Positions 17,343 to 25,244 of a stretch of DNA of 25,293 bases are shown in pieces. Below the pieces are notes generated by a model. That model worked only from the letters and a program-made list of their open reading frames with translations, was not told where the DNA came from and made no database searches. This stretch comes from a virus. Its lineage: Duplodnaviria > Heunggongvirae > Uroviricota > Caudoviricetes. Position 1 is the first letter of the stretch. Each line of letters begins with the position of its first letter. Both the position numbers and the translations under genes were made by a program. The DNA lies in IMG/VR virus record IMGVR_UViG_3300045020_000158, positions 64,001 to 89,293 of that record; one strand, 5' to 3'.

Positions 17343-18122
17343 TCAGTCGGTAACGTGCTTCCAGACTTTGCGTCTGCGGATGTTGGAAACGAGAACGTTG
17401 GAGATTCCATACTTCTGAGCCAGAAGGACTCCTTGCTCAGTGCTTTTACGAATCTCTCTCACGATTTCCTCGGTGATCTTAGTGCCCATTCCTCTTCTGT
17501 GCGGTCCGCCAGGAGAGTTCTTGGCAATATGATCAACCTGAACATGCGCCCATGATTCCCGATTTTTGATGCTCGTTATGGTCGTGGCAGCAACGCCATA
17601 TGACGCGGCGATTTCCGCATAAGGGCGAGGATCAATGAGAATAGCTTTCGCCTGATTCTCAGTAAGTTTCGCTCTATGCGACATTTCGCCGCGCTGCTCT
17701 GTCCTGCGCCGACCTTTTCTCACCATATCATCGTAATTTTCCCGCAACGTGCCCATCCATAAATGGGCTGGATTCACGCATCGTGGATTATCACAAGAAT
17801 GGCAAATGAACATTCCTTTCGGGATTCTAGATTGCGTGTAGAACGCCCAAGAGAATCGGTGAGCCCGGTGATACATTACACCGGCGACCTCGCCTTGAAA
17901 GACGCCGTAATTATCCTTTTCCACGGCGCCTATCCATTCCCAACACTCGCCCACTTCCTTGTACTGCATCTTGAATCGCTGCTCCGCCGATAGACCCCTC
18001 ATTATGTGATTTTTAGTCGCGAACGGGGAGCCATATCGGCGATTGCGGCGCCAATGCTTGTTGCACATTCCCATGCAACGAGCCGGAAGATCACAACCCT
18101 TACACTGGCAGCTTTCCGCCAT
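17343..18122 (-). CDS. Free-standing HNH homing endonuclease (HNH_3 type) with an N-terminal Cys-rich motif and two C-terminal HTH-like repeats, 259 aa
   Basis: CWEWIGA...YGVF...AHRFSW...CHSCDNPRCVNPAHLWMGTLRENYDDM, then AKLTENQ...YGVA.TTI..IKNRESW.HV and TKITEEI...YGIS.VLV..IRRRKVW.HV. The preferred start is ATG 18122. Confidence 0.9.
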   Translation of the reverse strand: MAESCQCKGCDLPARCMGMCNKHWRRNRRYGSPFATKNHIMRGLSAEQRFKMQYKEVGECWEWIGAVEKDNYGVFQGEVAGVMYHRAHRFSWAFYTQSRIPKGMFICHSCDNPRCVNPAHLWMGTLRENYDDMVRKGRRRTEQRGEMSHRAKLTENQAKAILIDPRPYAEIAASYGVAATTITSIKNRESWAHVQVDHIAKNSPGGPHRRGMGTKITEEIVREIRKSTEQGVLLAQKYGISNVLVSNIRRRKVWKHVTD

Positions 18123-18123
18123 A

Positions 18124-18190
18124 CCAACACCAATCAGGTAGCTATCTACTCTCGGCCGAGAGAAGCATAGTTTACGCTGATTGGTGTTGG
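18124..18190 (-). promoter_or_regulatory. Long hairpin covering the HNH ribosome-binding region
   Basis: Perfect 14-bp inverted repeat CCAACACCAATCAG (18124-18137 and 18177-18190) with further inner pairing (CTAT/ATAG, CTCTCG/CGAGAG). It ends 1 nt before the ATG. Confidence 0.8.
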
Positions 18191-18209
18191 ATGAGCAACG
18201 ATTTGGCAC

Positions 18210-18238
18210 AGTATATCAGCCGAAGATGCGAATACCAA
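18210..18238 (-). promoter_or_regulatory. Candidate sigma70-type promoter for the HNH gene
   Basis: TTGGTA (18238-18233), a 17-nt spacer, then TATACT (18215-18210), with an extended -10 TG supplied by the coat stop codon. Confidence 0.5.
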
Positions 18239-20101
18239 GTGAACGATAAAGGCTTGCAGGCCCGTAAAGTACATCGCCATTTAATGTTAACCAAACTCAT
18301 GTTTGGTCAGCCTTGCGGCTGCTCTGGATTTCGCCAGAGATCAGACTATATCTTGGTCCTTTCGGACCGCTCCCGTTTCGGCCTCGTGGCCTACTCTCTT
18401 GCGAGATAGTCGTTGAAGGTTTCTGCATCGCTGCAGACTTCCCTGCTGATTGTCCAATCCTAGGGATTGTCACCCTCTCGGGTACCCTAGGCTCTAAGGA
18501 GTTTCCAGCAATTAGAGAGCTTTAAACTCGGCTTAATGCAACTTTAACCGAGTCGGTTCTGAGTCGTTATTGATGGTAAATTGCGTCACCATCCGGATCG
18601 ACATCCCCACATCCTCGTCGTCATAAGCCCGCGCCGCAAACTCCACGCCCCGAGGCAGTGGCAGATCCGCGAAGGCCAACGCAAACGCGTACTTGTGGAA
18701 CACCAACCCCTGCGGACTCGCCGTGCTGGCGTACGCCGTTCCACCATTGACCGTAATAGTCGTACCGGTGCCGGTCGGGGCTGCCGTGCAGTTCTGGAAC
18801 TGGCCGGCGCTGATGATCGCGTCGCCAATCGTGAGCTGCAGGTTGCCCGAGCTGTCACTGGTATACACACCGGTCAGCGGGTTGAACGTACCGTTCGTCA
18901 AACTCGCCGGTCCGTAGTAGATGCCCGTCGTCGCGGCACCGTTCGGGGGAGTGATAAAGCCACCGGGCGGCAGAATCACGAACTGCTTCAGCGTGCGTCC
19001 ATACTGCTGACGGCTTTGTGGGTTCACCGGATAGATTCCGCTGAACTGGATCACATCGCCGACCTTAACCACACCGGTTGAGCCGGTCCAACCGGTCGTC
19101 AGGATCGTGCCGCTGGCCGCCCACCCGCTGGTGAGGAGTGCCGTACCGGTCGGTGTCGCAGACACCGTGGGCGTACCGCCCTGAACACCGGTCGTGAACG
19201 ACATGATGTTCTGATCCTCCCACCAGTCCAATCCGGCGAACTCCTTCGCCACCATGCCGCGCTCGTTGAACTCCGAGATGCGCGCCTGGGGATTGAACAG
19301 GCCCTTGATGGCATCCGTTGCCGCTGACATGCTGATCGGGTCCAGCACGCAGTTTTTCTCGCCTTCGGCCGGGCAGGCCTCGGACGCCAGCACCGCACGT
19401 GCATCGGAGAAAATCTTGTAGCTGGCAGGCTGGATGCCCGCGGTGCCCAAGGAATTCGCCGTGTTGAGCGTGCAGAACTGTGCAGTGTCGGAATCAACGC
19501 GGTTCGCCACGGTCGCGACCTGGGGTTTCAGAATGCGCTGCTTGAACATGTCCATGGACAGCGCCAGGTCCTGCGTCGTGAACTGCACATCGACGTGGAA
19601 CTGGTAGTTGAGCACCACCGGGACGTACTGCTCGAACGTGTCTTCCACGTTCAGAGGCGGACCATACGTACCGATGTAGCGGGGCGGACGCCGGACGTTA
19701 ACTGTGTTCGAGGTGTTCAGTCAGCTCATGCTGACCCGTCTTGCGACTGCTGTAAGTTTCCCTACAGTCCAGATCATATCTTGCCTCTTTCGAGGCCCCA
19801 CCGTTTCGAGCCCGTTGACTCTACTTCCTTTCGGAATGATCGTTGAGCGTTCCGTCTTGCGACGGCTTCGTTGCTGATTACCCAATCCTGACGATTGTCA
19901 CCTTGCGGTACGTCAGGCTCTAAGGGCGTTCCAGGCAGTTAGATGGATTTTGAATCGGCCGATTCAACCGATTTTGGCGCCGGTCTGGGCGAACTCGTTA
20001 CTGTATTGGCGGTCTACACGATTTGCGATAACGAGTTCGTTTTCAAGCACCACTAACGCCTCGTTAGTGATGTATGAAATTGTCAGAAGTTGTTGAACCA
20101 A
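18216..20101 (-). CDS. Major capsid protein (P22 gp5-like) in three exons: 20101-19967, 19708-18547, 18277-18216; 452 aa after splicing
   Basis: TTG start 6 nt after TAGGAG. Exon 1 reads MVQQLLTISYITNEALVVLENELVIANRVDRQYSNEFAQTGAKIG. The joins read AKIG|NTVNVRRP and EPTR-C-DVLYGPASLYRSLGIRIFG*, restoring both conserved ends of the P22-type coat. Total length is 1359 nt, in frame. Confidence 0.92.
18278..18546 (-). ncRNA. Group I self-splicing intron 2 (269 nt, no ORF; P7.1/P7.2 present, IA-like)
   Basis: The exon ends in U and the intron ends in G. P1 is ACUCGGU/GCCGAGU with a U-G at the splice site. P3 is GCUCUC/GGGAGC and P7 is GACUA/UAGUC. Core elements: AAUUGCUGGAAAC, AAUCAGCAG, UCAACGACUA, AAGAUAUAGUCU. 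The 5' loop UAAAGU is complementary to exon 3 ACUUUA (P10). Confidence 0.93.
19709..19966 (-). ncRNA. Group I self-splicing intron 1 (258 nt, no ORF; P7.1/P7.2 present, IA-like)
   Basis: The exon ends in U and the intron ends in G. P1 is AAUCGGU/GCCGAUU, P3 is UCCAUC/GGUGGG and P7 is GAUCA/UGAUC. Core elements: AACUGCCUGGAAC, AAUCAGCAAC, UCAACGAUCA, AAGAUAUGAUCU. Multiple GNRA-capped stems. Confidence 0.93.
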
Positions 20102-20115
20102 GTAAAGCTCCTAAG

Positions 20116-20638
20116 TTAGATGTTAACTAAGTGAGCTGAATGATTTACGTGGCCGTTTAGGATCAAAGAAATCAAAGGACGGCTAACACCAAACCAGTCA
20201 GCTATCTGCTGTTGAGTGCAGCCAGAAGCGCGAAGATCACAGATTCTCTCGCCGTCCGTAGCGTTGAGTTTCTGCCATCTCGTGCCTTGACGCCATGCAT
20301 GGCGTCCCTTAGATACCATATCTCGGGAGTTATCCATTGCCGTACCGAGGAACAAATGGTCAGGATTAATGCAACGAGGAACATCGCATTTGTGTAAAAC
20401 CATTTTGTCAGAGGGAAGATCGCCATTTGCAAGAACCCATGCAACACGATGGGCATATCTCATATATTGCCCCTTGCTGAGTAGGATTTGACCATATCCC
20501 CTATCATTAACCGTTCCATTCCAAATAATGCACCCGTTTTCATTAGGGGGGGCCGTATTTGGTATGAAAGCGCTTAATGCAACGATCTGGAATATCCGAC
20601 CGCTTAAGAATGCGGGCGAATCGATTGCGATTAGTCAC
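20116..20638 (-). CDS. Free-standing HNH homing endonuclease split by a +1 frameshift at CCC-TAA (20552-20543); about 173 aa if read through
   Basis: GTG at 20638, 8 nt after GGAG, reads MTNRNRF...KRFHTKYGPP*. The +1 frame continues NENGCIIWNG...GYGQI...YAHRVAW...VLHKCDVPRCINPDHLFLGTAMDNSRDM plus a C-terminal HTH. The track ORF 20116..20463 lacks the N-terminal part of the domain. Confidence 0.85.
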
Positions 20639-20679
20639 TAAGGTGGCTCCAGTTGGATCTTGGAATGCCTCATTTTAAC

Positions 20680-21894
20680 CTACCGCCGCTTACTCCGCGC
20701 CTTCTCCCTCTCATAAGCCCGCAGCTGTTTGAAATCCATCTTCGACGGATCTGTCACCACGGTCCCGGAGCCTTGCGCAGAAATCGGCGTGATCGGTGGA
20801 GGCGCTCCACCACGCTCGGGTGCTTTCGGTGCAGGAGCCGGCGGCACGACTGCGACAGGCGCAGGCGCAACCGCTGGAGCTGCGGGAGCCGGCGGCGGGA
20901 TCGGCGTGGGAGCCGGGGTAACCGCTGCAGGCTTCTCGAAAGTCAATTCGAGCTTGCCTATCTCGGCTAAAGCCTTGACAGGCGAGAGTTGTCGGATCTT
21001 GTCCGTGAAATCTGGGTGATTCGCCATGTGATAGGTGATATCAGCCCCGTAATCGCTCTCGGTGATGAACTGGAGCACCGCATCAGGAACCAAAACATCG
21101 GTCGCACCCACAACTTCCAGGAAATCGGGGTATTTGATCTGAGCTTTTTCAAGTCGGGCCTTGAATTTGGCTTCGACTTCGGCACGCTCCGCTGCCTGTT
21201 TTTCTTGCGCGATTTTGGCGCGCTCCTGCTCAGCCGCGTGCGTGGCTTTCGCATCTGCAAACTGGTCTTTCGCGTCGATGAATTTACTCCAATCGACGAC
21301 GCCCTCTGGGGAGGTGAATTCCTTGATGTCGGGCGCTTTCGGCGGTTCGGGCGCAGCCGGCGCGGCCAGTGCAGGTTTCTGAGCCTTCGCAGCCTGCAAT
21401 TCGCGCTCGAGCTCCGCGGCGCGGGCCTCAGCCAGCCGGGCACGCTCGAATTGGTTCTTTGCGAACGCCTCAGCGTCCTTAGCTTCTTCTTCCGCCGTCT
21501 TCCGCAGCGCCTCTTCCTGCTTCGCGATCTTATGCCGCTTGCCCACCAGGCGCCGCACGCGCTCCGTCTCATCCGGCGCGGTCAGAATCCACTCTTTGTC
21601 GGATTCGGAGATGCCGTGGTAGGGGTCCGGCAGGTCATCGGGGTCAACCAGAGGGGCTGGCGGCGCAACGGCCGCGGGAGCCTCTGGCGCGGGCGCAGGC
21701 GGTACTTCCGGCGGTGTGCCGGCAGTCGCGTCGGACTGCACGGGAGGCGCTGGCGGCGGCGCTACAACCACCACAGTCTCGACCGGCGTTGCGCCCGGTA
21801 GTGACTTATCGCCCTTCACGTGGTTTTTGACCTCGGTGACGGCGCCGGTTTCAATGAAATCTTGCAACCCAGTCGAAGTCACAACCTTACCCAT
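20680..21894 (-). CDS. Capsid scaffolding protein, about 404 aa
   Basis: Sits between portal and coat. Pro/Ala-rich linkers flank an E/K/A/R-rich coiled coil, and there is a short basic C-terminal helix (DPSKMDFKQLRAYEREKARSKRR). ATG 21894 is preferred over the track's 21927. Confidence 0.85.
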   Translation of the reverse strand: MGKVVTSTGLQDFIETGAVTEVKNHVKGDKSLPGATPVETVVVVAPPPAPPVQSDATAGTPPEVPPAPAPEAPAAVAPPAPLVDPDDLPDPYHGISESDKEWILTAPDETERVRRLVGKRHKIAKQEEALRKTAEEEAKDAEAFAKNQFERARLAEARAAELERELQAAKAQKPALAAPAAPEPPKAPDIKEFTSPEGVVDWSKFIDAKDQFADAKATHAAEQERAKIAQEKQAAERAEVEAKFKARLEKAQIKYPDFLEVVGATDVLVPDAVLQFITESDYGADITYHMANHPDFTDKIRQLSPVKALAEIGKLELTFEKPAAVTPAPTPIPPPAPAAPAVAPAPVAVVPPAPAPKAPERGGAPPPITPISAQGSGTVVTDPSKMDFKQLRAYEREKARSKRR

Positions 21895-22072
21895 GGACGC
21901 TATCTCGCGGCATGTCGGCCAATGCACGTCCTACGCATCGTTGACACGGACCGTCACCATTGGCTTTTGCCACCTCACCGAACGTCACACCAATGCCGAG
22001 ATATTTCTTGATCGTCACGATGAAACGACGACCAAGATTCATGGAAAACCGATTCCCATTAGACAATTTCAT
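21887..22072 (-). CDS. Small hypothetical protein, 61 aa
   Basis: Fills the gap and overlaps the scaffold start. No recognisable motif. Confidence 0.35.
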   Translation of the reverse strand: MKLSNGNRFSMNLGRRFIVTIKKYLGIGVTFGEVAKANGDGPCQRCVGRALADMPRDSVHG

Positions 22073-22101
22073 TCAAACTCGCTCTCGGCCAATGGCCGCA
22101 A

Positions 22102-22254
22102 TTATTCTAAAATTTCCACCTGCCACTTTTTCGAATGGCAGTATTCTTTAATCTGACTCAGTGTCCAGCCCTTCATATAATTTATAATCGGAGCACAACG
22201 ACCGCCGCGGACAATTCCTGCGACGAAATGCGGGGCCGAAATGCGCAGCATCAT
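22102..22254 (-). CDS. Small phage hypothetical protein, 50 aa (below the ORF-track cutoff)
   Basis: ATGA overlap with the portal stop. MMLRISAPHFVAGIVRGGRCAPIINYMKGWTLSQIKEYCHSKKWQVEILE. Confidence 0.65.
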   Translation of the reverse strand: MMLRISAPHFVAGIVRGGRCAPIINYMKGWTLSQIKEYCHSKKWQVEILE

Positions 22255-24392
22255 GCTTTCTCTGCCTTCTCAGCCGCTCGCGCTGTTTCCCGCGCCAGAT
22301 TCAATTCATGCCCGGCCTGCGCATGCGTATCCAGCAGTTTGCCGCCGACACTGATTTCGGTCTCCGCAATACCAGCCTGTGCGCCGATATGTGCTTTGGT
22401 CAATTCCGTGTGCGACTTCAGCGCCGCATCGTTCGCCTTGACCTGCGTCTGCTGATCGATCTTGTATTTTTCCAAGGCGATCCAGTTATTCTCAATGTTG
22501 GTCTTGAGTTTGATTTCCTGCTCAAGCCCTTGAATCTTCTGCGTGGCCTGTTGCAATTGTTGCTGCATGGCCGTAACGATGCCCTGCGCCTGCTTCGGCA
22601 GCGACTTGATCGCCTTGTCGAGTCCTTGCGGCGTAAGCGGCGCGAGGCGATCGGCGAGGTCAGATGCACCGGGCCAGTCCATGTTGCGCACCACGAGATC
22701 GGCACCAACTTTCACGACGGGCTCAGCCAACGGCGTGCGCATGAGATCCAACATCGCATCGACGGACTCAAGACGCTTTGTCTCATATCCAGGTCCGGTA
22801 TCCATCACCACATCATAGCGGCCGACCGTCAGGTCATTCTTGATCTTTATGATGCTCGGGTCCGTCGACTGTGCCTGCGCTTCCTCGTCAGGTTGATTGA
22901 TGCCGACCACTTCCGGCACACCATCCTCGCCAATGATGCGTTGCATGCGCGCTTCGCTGTAGTAGTACGGAATCAGGTCGAGAAGGATACGGCCCGTATG
23001 GCAGATCGACTTGGTCTGATTGTCGTAATACTGAAAGTGACCGATATCGGAGAGTGCTTGTCGCGCGCGCAGGGCTTTGCCAGAGACGACCTGACCGGGC
23101 GCGTCCTGGCCTGGCTCGTGGGGCATCCCGGCGAGGATCATCAGATCTTTCAGCGCAGATTCCGCGGCAGCAACAAATCCGGCCGGAATCGCAACAGGCT
23201 CAACGCGCTGCGGAGGTGGCAACGGCGTCTTGCTACCATCCGGTTGTTCAATAAAATCCGGTGTGTAGGTCAGCTTGGAATAGGGAACTTGATTGGCATC
23301 ATTCCATTCCGGATGACCATCAAACTGGTTGGTTGTTCCAACCCACGGCGCACGCGGAGCCAGCGCGATAACTTCTGTCTCACAAGTACGCCAATAATCA
23401 TATGCTCTTTGCGTATCAATCAAATCGCGCACCATTCCCTTGCGCTTGATCTGACCATTGATATCCATCACGTTACCTTCGCAACGCACGACAGGAATCC
23501 ATTTCCCCGGCAAATTCACCGACTCCACAACGGTTGATCCATTCAACCGATGCCATTCCAACTGCCGCCGATAAGAAGGACGCCGGATCGGATTGCCGCG
23601 CAAATTCGTCGCGACCTGATCGCCTTCCTTCATGTCGTTTTCAAAGACGTTCCGACCATCCGTCAGTTTGACCAGCCACGCTTTCTTTTTGACGATACGA
23701 AAATATTCCGCGAGCCGGATTTCCTCCTTGTCCATCCAATCCAGAGCCATGTCCCCTTGGCCGCCTTCGCGCCATTCCGTCTCCACTTCATCCGGATACT
23801 TGCGCTCAAACTCCGAGCGCTTCATTTTCTCCGTAATGATGCACCACTCGGCATCCTCGCCGGCCGGCAGAATGGATGCCGGATCCATGTAGACCGTGAA
23901 GGGATTGCGGATGGGCGCAATCTTCAGCTCCTGCTCGAAACTGTCTTCCGAGATATACTCCGACAGCACGCGCCAATAACCCCAGCCCATCTTGACCGCG
24001 GACTCACCGCCGATGTCATAGGCCGTCGCGCCTTCTGAGCGCTGCTCGATATGCCGGATCAGTCCGCCGATCTTCTGTGCGATATCCACATCCGCGCCGT
24101 CGCTGACCGGATGCACCTTGATGCGCGGCCGCTGCATGCGCATGTTGTTCACCACACGCTTGACCATCGCGCGCGTGTGATTGATGGTCAATGTCGGACG
24201 GCGAGAGACCTTGCGTTGATTGTAGATATCCGTGGGCCATTGCTGGCCATCTTCGAATTCGAGATCGATGACCGCGGCCTGGCGGTTGGCGCCTTCGGAC
24301 TGTTCGCCGATCGACAGGCGTTCGTTGGCTTCTCTGAAAATTTCGTCGTTGGTCGTTGCGGGCTGATGAGATTCAGCCGGGATTACGGGCAA
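22251..24392 (-). CDS. Portal protein (P22 gp1-like), 713 aa
   Basis: DLEFEDGQQWP...RPTLTINHT...VVNNMRMQRPRIKVHP, GWGYWRV, KGMVRDLIDTQRAYDYW and GRYDVVMDTGPGYETKR, with a C-terminal coiled coil. TTG start after GGAG. Confidence 0.93.
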   Translation of the reverse strand: MPVIPAESHQPATTNDEIFREANERLSIGEQSEGANRQAAVIDLEFEDGQQWPTDIYNQRKVSRRPTLTINHTRAMVKRVVNNMRMQRPRIKVHPVSDGADVDIAQKIGGLIRHIEQRSEGATAYDIGGESAVKMGWGYWRVLSEYISEDSFEQELKIAPIRNPFTVYMDPASILPAGEDAEWCIITEKMKRSEFERKYPDEVETEWREGGQGDMALDWMDKEEIRLAEYFRIVKKKAWLVKLTDGRNVFENDMKEGDQVATNLRGNPIRRPSYRRQLEWHRLNGSTVVESVNLPGKWIPVVRCEGNVMDINGQIKRKGMVRDLIDTQRAYDYWRTCETEVIALAPRAPWVGTTNQFDGHPEWNDANQVPYSKLTYTPDFIEQPDGSKTPLPPPQRVEPVAIPAGFVAAAESALKDLMILAGMPHEPGQDAPGQVVSGKALRARQALSDIGHFQYYDNQTKSICHTGRILLDLIPYYYSEARMQRIIGEDGVPEVVGINQPDEEAQAQSTDPSIIKIKNDLTVGRYDVVMDTGPGYETKRLESVDAMLDLMRTPLAEPVVKVGADLVVRNMDWPGASDLADRLAPLTPQGLDKAIKSLPKQAQGIVTAMQQQLQQATQKIQGLEQEIKLKTNIENNWIALEKYKIDQQTQVKANDAALKSHTELTKAHIGAQAGIAETEISVGGKLLDTHAQAGHELNLARETARAAEKAEKA

Positions 24393-24543
24393 CTGAAGAC
24401 GCTCCGAACTGGGGTATCTGATATTTGATTTGGTCGAAACATTTTTCGCAGAAAGGGCCGCGTTTATCGCCGTTAGGCATCACTACGAGTGTATGACGTT
24501 GAATCGAAAGATCCGATTCACACATCCGGCATTTTTGACTCAT
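24373..24543 (-). CDS. Small zinc-finger-like protein, 56 aa
   Basis: ATGA overlap at 24543. CRMC...CEKC. Confidence 0.55.
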   Translation of the reverse strand: MSQKCRMCESDLSIQRHTLVVMPNGDKRGPFCEKCFDQIKYQIPQFGASSVARNPG

Positions 24544-24791
24544 GCCAGCCACCAATTATTCGGCCGCGGCGACCGACCCGTGGGACTCCCCTCGTAGAAC
24601 TGCGGGAAATACCACGGCGGTACCTGCTGACTCAAACTGACCCCAACGTGATCGCCCGGTACAAACGTGATGTTGTACGGAATCGCCGCGCCACCGCCGT
24701 TGATCAGGCAGGCACCATCCGCGGTCCAATCCGTCGAATCCGCTGTGATCAGCATGTTGTCGGCGGTGGGAATAGCGAGTGGAGTATTCAA
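24540..24791 (-). CDS. Small hypothetical protein, about 83 aa
   Basis: TTG at 24791 overlaps the upstream stop (TTGA). Contains an ITADSTDWTAD motif. Confidence 0.55.
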   Translation of the reverse strand: MNTPLAIPTADNMLITADSTDWTADGACLINGGGAAIPYNITFVPGDHVGVSLSQQVPPWYFPQFYEGSPTGRSPRPNNWWLA

Positions 24792-25060
24792 GTCGCGAGC
24801 AATCCAGCCTGCTGCAGAATCAGAATAATCTGCGCAAGCGCCTCGCCGCACTGTGCTGTGGTGGCAGCGGAGCCGGAGAAATTCTGCAGAACGCCTGCAT
24901 TAGTCGGCGTGCCCCAGCCTGCCGAGGGAGATTGCGCGAGCGTACCCAAGGCATTCAACACTGCGAAGTTGGAATTGCATTTCTGAAATGCGGACTGCAA
25001 CGGATCGCCCGTCGCATCGTTCGGAAAAGCGCCAACATTGATGACTTGAAGGCCCGTCAT
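24788..25060 (-). CDS. Small virion-associated protein, 90 aa
   Basis: N-terminal QVINVGAFPNDATGDPLQSAFQKCNSNF resembles the T4 gp9/gp10-like N-terminal motif found on many phage fibre proteins. Confidence 0.7.
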   Translation of the reverse strand: MTGLQVINVGAFPNDATGDPLQSAFQKCNSNFAVLNALGTLAQSPSAGWGTPTNAGVLQNFSGSAATTAQCGEALAQIILILQQAGLLAT

Positions 25061-25233
25061 TTAGGTGCGCAACCTTCGCGATACTTCCATTCGATTGATT
25101 CGCGTACGTGCTTGCAGCTTCGGCATTCGATCGTACCGTCGTGATTCAGGAAAAAAAGCTGGCTGCCGCAGGTACATTCGAAGACCCACTCCGGGCGCCT
25201 GATCTGGAAATCATGCTCCACTACGTCGCCCAA
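25057..25233 (-). CDS. Small Cys-rich protein, 58 aa (below the ORF-track cutoff)
   Basis: TTG after GGGAGA. MGDVVEHDFQIRRPEWVFECTCGSQLFFLNHDGTIECRSCKHVRESIEWKYREGCAPK. ATGA overlap with the next gene. Confidence 0.65.
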   Translation of the reverse strand: MGDVVEHDFQIRRPEWVFECTCGSQLFFLNHDGTIECRSCKHVRESIEWKYREGCAPK

Positions 25234-25244
25234 AGAGGTCTCCC

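Noticed and set aside
18123-18209. N-terminal extension of the HNH from GTG 18209
   Set aside because: It begins immediately after the candidate -10 box, has no RBS and translates the hairpin. ATG 18122 starts at the Cys-rich motif.
18533-19648. Track ORF of 371 aa as the complete capsid gene
   Set aside because: It starts at an internal GTG and ends in intron-derived LKLH. The conserved N- and C-termini lie in separate exons.
20672-20677. TAAAAT -10-like boxes before HNH-1 and before the GIY-YIG gene (2661-2666)
   Set aside because: Neither has a -35 at 17 nt or an extended -10, and such hexamers are expected by chance in AT-rich spacers.
20989-24038. Long plus-strand ORFs (270, 409 and 162 aa and others)
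   Set aside because: They are antisense shadows of the scaffold and portal genes with no recognisable motifs. The same applies to 14269..15249, 10109..10744 and the other plus-strand ORFs.
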